The position numbers and the translations under genes are program-made. The notes beneath the pieces are model-generated. The model was not told the DNA's origin, did not search any database, and worked only from the letters and a program-made list of their open reading frames with translations. This document shows positions 57,346 to 64,000 of a stretch of DNA of 64,000 nucleotides, piece by piece (the first letter of the stretch is position 1; each line of letters starts with the position of its first letter). This DNA is from the human T2T-CHM13v2.0 reference genome, Homo sapiens: assembly GCF_009914755.1 (NCBI RefSeq), contig NC_060932.1. One strand, given 5' to 3'.

Positions 57346-58324
57346 GTGAGATGGGCCAGGGAAATAGGAGGGTTGGCCAAATGGAAGAATGGCGTAGAAG
57401 TTCTCTGTCTCCTCTCATTCCCCTCCACCTATCTCTCCCTCATCCCTCTCTCTCCTTCCTCTCTCTGTGTGTCCCCTCCATCCTTTTCTCCTGCTTCTCT
57501 CTCTTCTTCCCTCTCTCTCTTTTTTTCTGTCTTTCTTTTTCCTCTCTCCCTAGAGCATGTCTTTCTTTCTTTCTCTTTCCTTTCTTCTACCCACACTTTT
57601 AGACTGAATGCCCTATTTAATTGAACCAAGCATTGCTTCCTTCAATAGAAAAGGAGTTTGAGAACCCAATGGACACCTCACTCGTTCTTCTAAGCCAATA
57701 TGAAGGAGCCCAGTAGCTTGTAAATATCATCTCTTCACTGATTTCCATGCTACAACTGCTGAGACTATGGTTGAAACCTGTTAGGTGACTTTTTAAATAA
57801 AAGGCAGAAATTTTGATTTTATCTAAAGAAAGTAGTATAGAATGTCATTTTCTAAATTTTTATATTTAAAGGGTAGATACTGCAACCTAGAGAATTCCAG
57901 ATAATCTTAAGGCCCAGCCTATACTGTGAGAACTACTGCAGCAGACACTCTGCCCCCAGGACTTTTCTGATCAGAGGCCCTGAGAACAGTCCCTGCCACT
58001 AGGCCACTGCAGGTTCACAGGACAGGGACAGCCCATTGAAACCAACTTTTAAACCTGGATGCCTAACCTTCATTTTCTCCTTGATATTATGAAAATAAAA
58101 TAAAAACCATGAAAGGATAAAAGAGGGAGAGTGGAAGGGAAGGATGGAGAAAGGGAAAAAGAAAATTTGAGAGTAAATCCTAAAACAATTAATCTAATAG
58201 ATATCATCTTGTGAAATCCTCATTTTACCAATCTTATTTATGAGTCCTGGGTTTTGTGAGAACAATGGGGTTCTGAGAGGCACCAGAGACCTCATGTTTT
58301 CCAAAACCTAGAACAGTATAATGA

Positions 58325-58444
58325 AGGAAGGCGGGGAGGCAGGGAGGCAGGGAGGCAGGGAGGCGGGCAGGTGGGGAGGGAGGGAGGGAAGGAGGGAGGG
58401 AGGGAGGGAGGGAGGGAGGGAGGGAGGGAGGGAGGGAGGGAGGG
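58325..58444. repeat. (GGGA/GGCA)n repeat in the DEFB4 intron
   Basis: gggaggcagggaggcag...(ggga)n. Confidence 0.9.
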
Positions 58445-59037
58445 ATAAAAAAAGAAGAATGAGGTTGAAACCAGGACTTAGATATTAGAAACAAGCCATT
58501 ACAAAATTTATTTCTATGGTTAATTGTGGTTTTCAACTGTAAGTTACTTGGTGTTAATTTCCTATTAAACAATTTCAGTAAGTTGCATCTTTTTATCCCA
58601 TCTCAGATCAAATACTTAACAGACTAAATGATTTGAAAAAGCAAAAGTTTACTGGCTTGTGTGTGTTAAAATGGAGGTATGGTGGCTTTGATATTATCTT
58701 CTTGTGGTGGAGCTGAATTCACAAGAGATCGTTGCTGAGCTCCTACCAGACCCCACCTGGAGGCCCCAGTCACTCAGGAGAGATCAGGGTCTTTCACAAT
58801 CAGGTTCTACAAAAATAAACATCCCCCAAACCACAGCAGTGCCAGTTTCCATGTCAGAAACTTAGATCCAAATGACTGACTCGCGTCTCATTATCATGAT
58901 GGAAAAGCCCAGGCTTGAGAAAGAAGCCCGCTGCGGATTTACTCAAGGCGATACTGACACAGGGTTTGTGTTTTTCCAACATGAGTTTTGAGTTCTTACA
59001 CGCTGTTTGCTCTTTTTGTGTGTTTTTTCCCTGTTAG

Positions 59038-59174
59038 GTGTTTTTGGTGGTATAGGCGATCCCGTTACCTGCCTTAAGAGTGGAGCCATATGTCATCCAG
59101 TCTTTTGCCCTAGAAGGTATAAACAAATTGGCACCTGTGGTCTCCCTGGAACAAAATGCTGCAAAAAGCCATGA
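59038..59174 (+). CDS. DEFB4A: Beta-defensin 4 (hBD-2), coding exon 2
   Basis: Acceptor ccctgttag| then [54 protein letters not shown] at 59252-59257. Confidence 0.98.
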
Positions 59175-60242
59175 GGAGGCCAAGAAGCTGCTGTGGCTGA
59201 TGCGGATTCAGAAAGGGTTCCCTCATCAGAGACGTGCGACATGTAAACCAAATTAAACTATGGTGTCCAAAGATACGGAATCTTTATCCTAGTAATTGTG
59301 GTCATTGGGTGATGTTGGTTTGGGCAGACCATCTCTAATATCCTTGAAACACCTTTTTCTGCTCTCCAGGAAGGGGTCAGGGCTGCCACAGCGGGGCTTG
59401 GAGTGCTTTCCAGGGTCACAGGCATCTGTATTCTTTGGATTCCTTGACCTTCCCCATTTATTCCCGGCATTTTCCTAAAACGTGTGCTTTGCTCCTCCTG
59501 CATCCTCCCCTTGCATGCCCTCACCTACCCCACATCTTCCCTAAAAAAAGCAAGCCCAACTCAAAGACCAGTTCCCTCATGGAATCATAGTGGATCTGCC
59601 AAGGGAGGGGATGCCCAGTCCTCTGTTCTTCACAAGGACTCCCTTCTTCTGGCTAAGGTTTCTTATGCAATTATGCCTCCTACAGAGGTGCGTGAATTTT
59701 TAATTCTCCATTTAGCTATGAGATTTCTACTAGTGTGGACTTTGTCTTATTCATTTATGTGCTGGCCATTCATAAACTATTTCATTAATTGGATGGCAAA
59801 ATGCAGTTGTACAAGGGTTTCCTTACATACAAACATAATAGGATCCAAGTAAATGCTGTTAAAAACAAGTCTCTTTGAGGGCACAATTAAATGAGGACAA
59901 TATGGCATGGGACACAAGCAGAGGGGAGCAAACCTCAAGAAGAAAGACGCATCGACTCTAAGGGGGAGCATCAAGATAGCTCCCTGGCCCTGCTCTCTCT
60001 CCTTGGGAGGGTTTGGTCCTTAAATCATGAACTCTGTGGGTGTATCCTAGACGCATAAGAAGCTCTCTATTTCTTCACATTAGCTCTGCACTGAATGTGC
60101 ATATCATCTACGTCTGGGAAAATGCACCTTAGTTCCAAAATAATCCATTGTCTTTCCTAATCTCAAGATTGAAAAAAGTAACCAGACCTTGTTAGAGTAA
60201 AAGCATTTTTATCTGGATATAGATTTTATCCAGACGTGATGA

Positions 60243-60485
60243 CAGAGCCAGGACTAGGGCGAAGCGAGGGAGGCTCTGGCCTCAGGTATAAAATGTAAGC
60301 ACTAAGATATCCTGTACTTAAGATAGATGATCTTATAATGCGATAGATTTTTAAAAAATAATATTCATGAAAAAATCACCATAATTAACAAACTCTCCAA
60401 AATTTAAACCAAGACAGGGTCTAATCCTGTGATTGTCCAACTCAGTCGCACTCACCTACCTTGATGCCAGGATAGTCAGACCCTG
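60243..60485. mobile_element. MER96B-like hAT element
   Basis: cagagccaggactagggcgaagcgag...tagtcagaccctg. Confidence 0.55.
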
Positions 60486-61767
60486 CCTTTATTTAGTCAT
60501 TTAATATTCATCGTGTATACATTGTTATTTTGAATAAATTAGTGGATTTCTTGATTCCTGGAAGCATATATCATTTGACTGTATAAAAGAAGTGAAGCTT
60601 CACACACACACAAAAAGTAAAAGTCACCATGACAATGACATTCATTCCTATGTTCTAGGGGAAACAGCACAACTCTCTTAGGAAGAAACTCTCCTTTTAT
60701 TTAAGAAGGCCCTTTAATGGCTGTTTAGGTCTTGGAAGGTAGGACACCTGACTGCATCTGTGAAATAGAGATACAATCCATAAGCACTAAATCATTCTAC
60801 AATTCTAAAAATAAAATGTTAAACGTTTCTTGGCCCTCAGAGATTAACAATGAAAGGAGTTCTGGGTTCCAAAAGGAGCAGGTATACCTGTAACATCAGG
60901 GCACAAAGTAGCCTGTAGAGGTTATTGCCAAGAGTGGCTGAACTCTTTAGCTAGAATGCACTCTGATTTCTATTCTTATTTTTAACAGTTCTGTGCATTA
61001 ACCACCCGTCATTATCCTTATGTTTTTGCAAAACTGTGTCTCAATCAATGGCTGTGTATTTGAAAATTCTTGGAAAAGGGGGAAAGCCTCAGTAATTCTT
61101 AATGCAAAGCTACAAAGAAAATGGGTAGTTGGTTGCAGGAGTGAGGTGGAGGTGGCCAGAGAATGTCACAGAGAAGACAGAAATAAGAATTTGCACAAGA
61201 TATTAGGAGCATAAGCACCTGTAGGGAGTTCTGAGAAACATTTGGCTGTCTACACTAATGAGGAATGGGAGCTGGAGCTGTTTAATTTGGATGGTCAAAA
61301 ATAGGATAACTCTGGGAGTTTACAGAATTCACAGAATCCATTCCAACCAAGTGAGCTTGCATGCCATACTCTAAGTCTCTGAACCTGTGAACTCATGACA
61401 TAACAGAATAAAATTGTTCCCATTTCATCGTGCCTGAAGACTCATAAGAAAAAAAAAAGGTATTAATTTTAAACACTGAAGCTCATTCATCATTTTATTG
61501 AATTCACCTGGCTACAAAATTAGCAACTGATCTTGTTCCAACTATATTGAAAGCAGATGAAGAAACTCTCCAAAGAACAGGGTTTGTCTGTGACTAGTCT
61601 AGGTAGAGTTTACTTTCGACACATCCTCTTGGTGTTTTCAGAGCTTTTTGAATATGTGGAATAATATCATTGCTTTGAGCAGATTTTCAGCCATTAGTTC
61701 TTCAGTTATTGCTGCTGTCCCTCTCTCCTTTCTCTTCCTGGAAATAGAATTGTCTAGATAGATAGAG

Positions 61768-61842
61768 AATTGGTCCAAAAGTAATTGTGGTTTTTGCCTT
61801 TAAAGGTAATGGCAAAAACTGCAATTACTTTTGCACCAACCA
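61768..61842. mobile_element. MADE1 (Hsmar1-derived MITE)
   Basis: ttggtccaaaagtaattgtggtttttgcc...ggcaaaaactgcaattacttttgcaccaacc. Confidence 0.88.
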
Positions 61843-62007
61843 TATGTATGTACACAAACACATATGCAATATGTGTGTATTGCATATATATTCAATACAA
61901 ACACACAGACACACATATACAAAGCATCCTTTTACTGTGTCTTCACATATATATTTATGCCATTTTTTGTATTTTTCATTATTTTATATCTCTGCACTTC
62001 AACCTGA

Positions 62008-62475
<468 letters not shown>

Positions 62476-62836
62476 TAAGATAGGAGAGTCTATTCAAAAA
62501 CGAAAAGGGTCAGACATGTTTCAGATGCCCCAGCCTTCTTGGGATATGGGCTTTTTCATGCTAACATCTGTCTCTTAATGAATCCAAAATGGAGGAGTGT
62601 TTGCTTTTAAAAGAATACATTTCAGTGAAGGTCTTGATCAAAGAGAGATAATTAAAAAAACACTAAAGAAACATCAAAAACATCTAATTGTAGGGTATCT
62701 GGGGGATGATAACACATCCAGGAAACTTTTTCTGAGAGACCTGTGATAGAACCTTAAATGTACTTTTCTTTGTTTTGCTCTCATATGTGAGCAACTTAGA
62801 AGAAACATATATTTGTTTGTATTAATCCCACATGAC

Positions 62837-63025
62837 TAGGGTTGACAGATTTAGCAAATAAAAGTATAGGACACTCAGTTAAATGTGAGTTTTAGATAAA
62901 CAACATCCAGTTTATTGTGGCATTATCTATCTCATACTATTTGGGATTAAATACACTAAAAAGTTCTTCATGGTTTTTCTGAAAGCCAAATTGAACTTGG
63001 CCTCCTATATTCATCTAATAACACT
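62837..63025. mobile_element. MER53-like hAT element
   Basis: tagggttgacagatttagcaaataaaagtataggacactcagttaaat. Confidence 0.7.
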
Positions 63026-63109
63026 ATGAATCACTGAAAACATTTTTTCTTTAAAGATATTTTTCTTGGCGAAAGTATTTATTACGTCACTGAATTTTAT
63101 TTTACTAGG

Positions 63110-63610
63110 TGTAGTAGGCGTAATAACGGCATCCCAAAGATGTCCATGTCCTTATCCCTAGAACCTGGGATTATGTTACACTTTATGGCAAATAAGAACT
63201 AAGACAGCAGATAGAATAGTTGGCTAATATGCTGACTTTAAAACAGGGAGATTAACTTAGATCATGTGAATGAGACCAACGTAATCCAAGAATCCTTAAA
63301 TGTGGAAAAGAAAGGCAGAACAGTCAGTGTCTGGGTGATGCGATGTGGGAACGACTCAACAGCCATTGCTGGATTTGAAGATGAAGGAAGGATCCACAAA
63401 CCAAGGAACATGGGCAGCCTCTCAGATTTGAAAAGGCAAAGAAGAAAAAAAAAAAAAAAAAAAGGAAAGCAAACTCAGCTTCTTAGAACCTCTGGAAAGG
63501 AAAAAGGTCCTACGGACACTTTGATTTTTCATGTTTGATCCCCAAAACAGCAAGATAATTTGTGTTGGTTTAGGTCACTAAGCTTATGACAATTTGCTTA
63601 GAAACAGAAC
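63110..63610. mobile_element. MLT1D-like MaLR LTR
   Basis: tgtagtaggcgtaataacggcatcccaaagatgtccatgtcct...ccaaggaacatgggcagcctc. Confidence 0.8.
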
Positions 63611-63616
63611 ACAAAT

Positions 63617-63930
63617 ACAATTGCTCCTCAGTATCCATGGGGGATTGGTTCCAGGACCCCCTGTGTATACCAAATGCCTCAGATGCTCAAGTCTCTGATA
63701 TAAAAGAGTAGTAATTTCATATAATCTTCACACTCCTTGCATATACTTTAAATCATTCCTAGATTTCTTGTAACACTGAACACAATGTAAATGCTAAGTA
63801 AGTAGGAGTTATGCTGTATTTCCTAGAAAATAATGGCAAGAGAAAAAGGCCTGTGCATGCTCAATTCAGACACAATGTTTTTGTAGAACGTTTCCTGATG
63901 TGGAACACATGAATAGGAAGGGCCTACTGG
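63617..63930. mobile_element. MER2 (TcMar-Tigger)
   Basis: cctcagtatccatgggggattggttccaggacccc...gatgctcaagtc. Confidence 0.8.
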
Positions 63931-64000
63931 TTTCAAATTATAAACTGAGCATAAAATTAGTAACACAAAAAAGCTAAGGCTACATTTCTGTAATGGAGAA

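Overview
This is primate, essentially human, genomic DNA from the copy-number-variable 8p23.1 beta-defensin repeat unit. Genes on the + strand, in order: last exon of DEFB104, the complete two-promoter SPAG11 (EP2/HE2) gene, DEFB103 (hBD-3) and DEFB4 (hBD-2). A full-length processed HSP60 (HSPD1) pseudogene lies on the - strand about 2 kb upstream of DEFB4. The order and orientation match the 'A' copy as I recall it, but A versus B copy cannot be proven from the sequence. The rest is Alu, L1, L2, MIR, LTR and DNA-transposon debris; family names and boundaries were assigned by eye. No prokaryotic systems, CRISPR arrays, tRNA or rRNA genes were seen. The most interesting signals are apparently degenerate beta-defensin exons and a promoter relic in the intergenic gaps at about 6.5, 9.4, 32.6, 33.0-33.8 and 46.1 kb. 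The best case is a two-exon relic whose TATA-initiator spacing matches DEFB4 and DEFB103. All relics were found by hand and need profile or orthologue searches to confirm.
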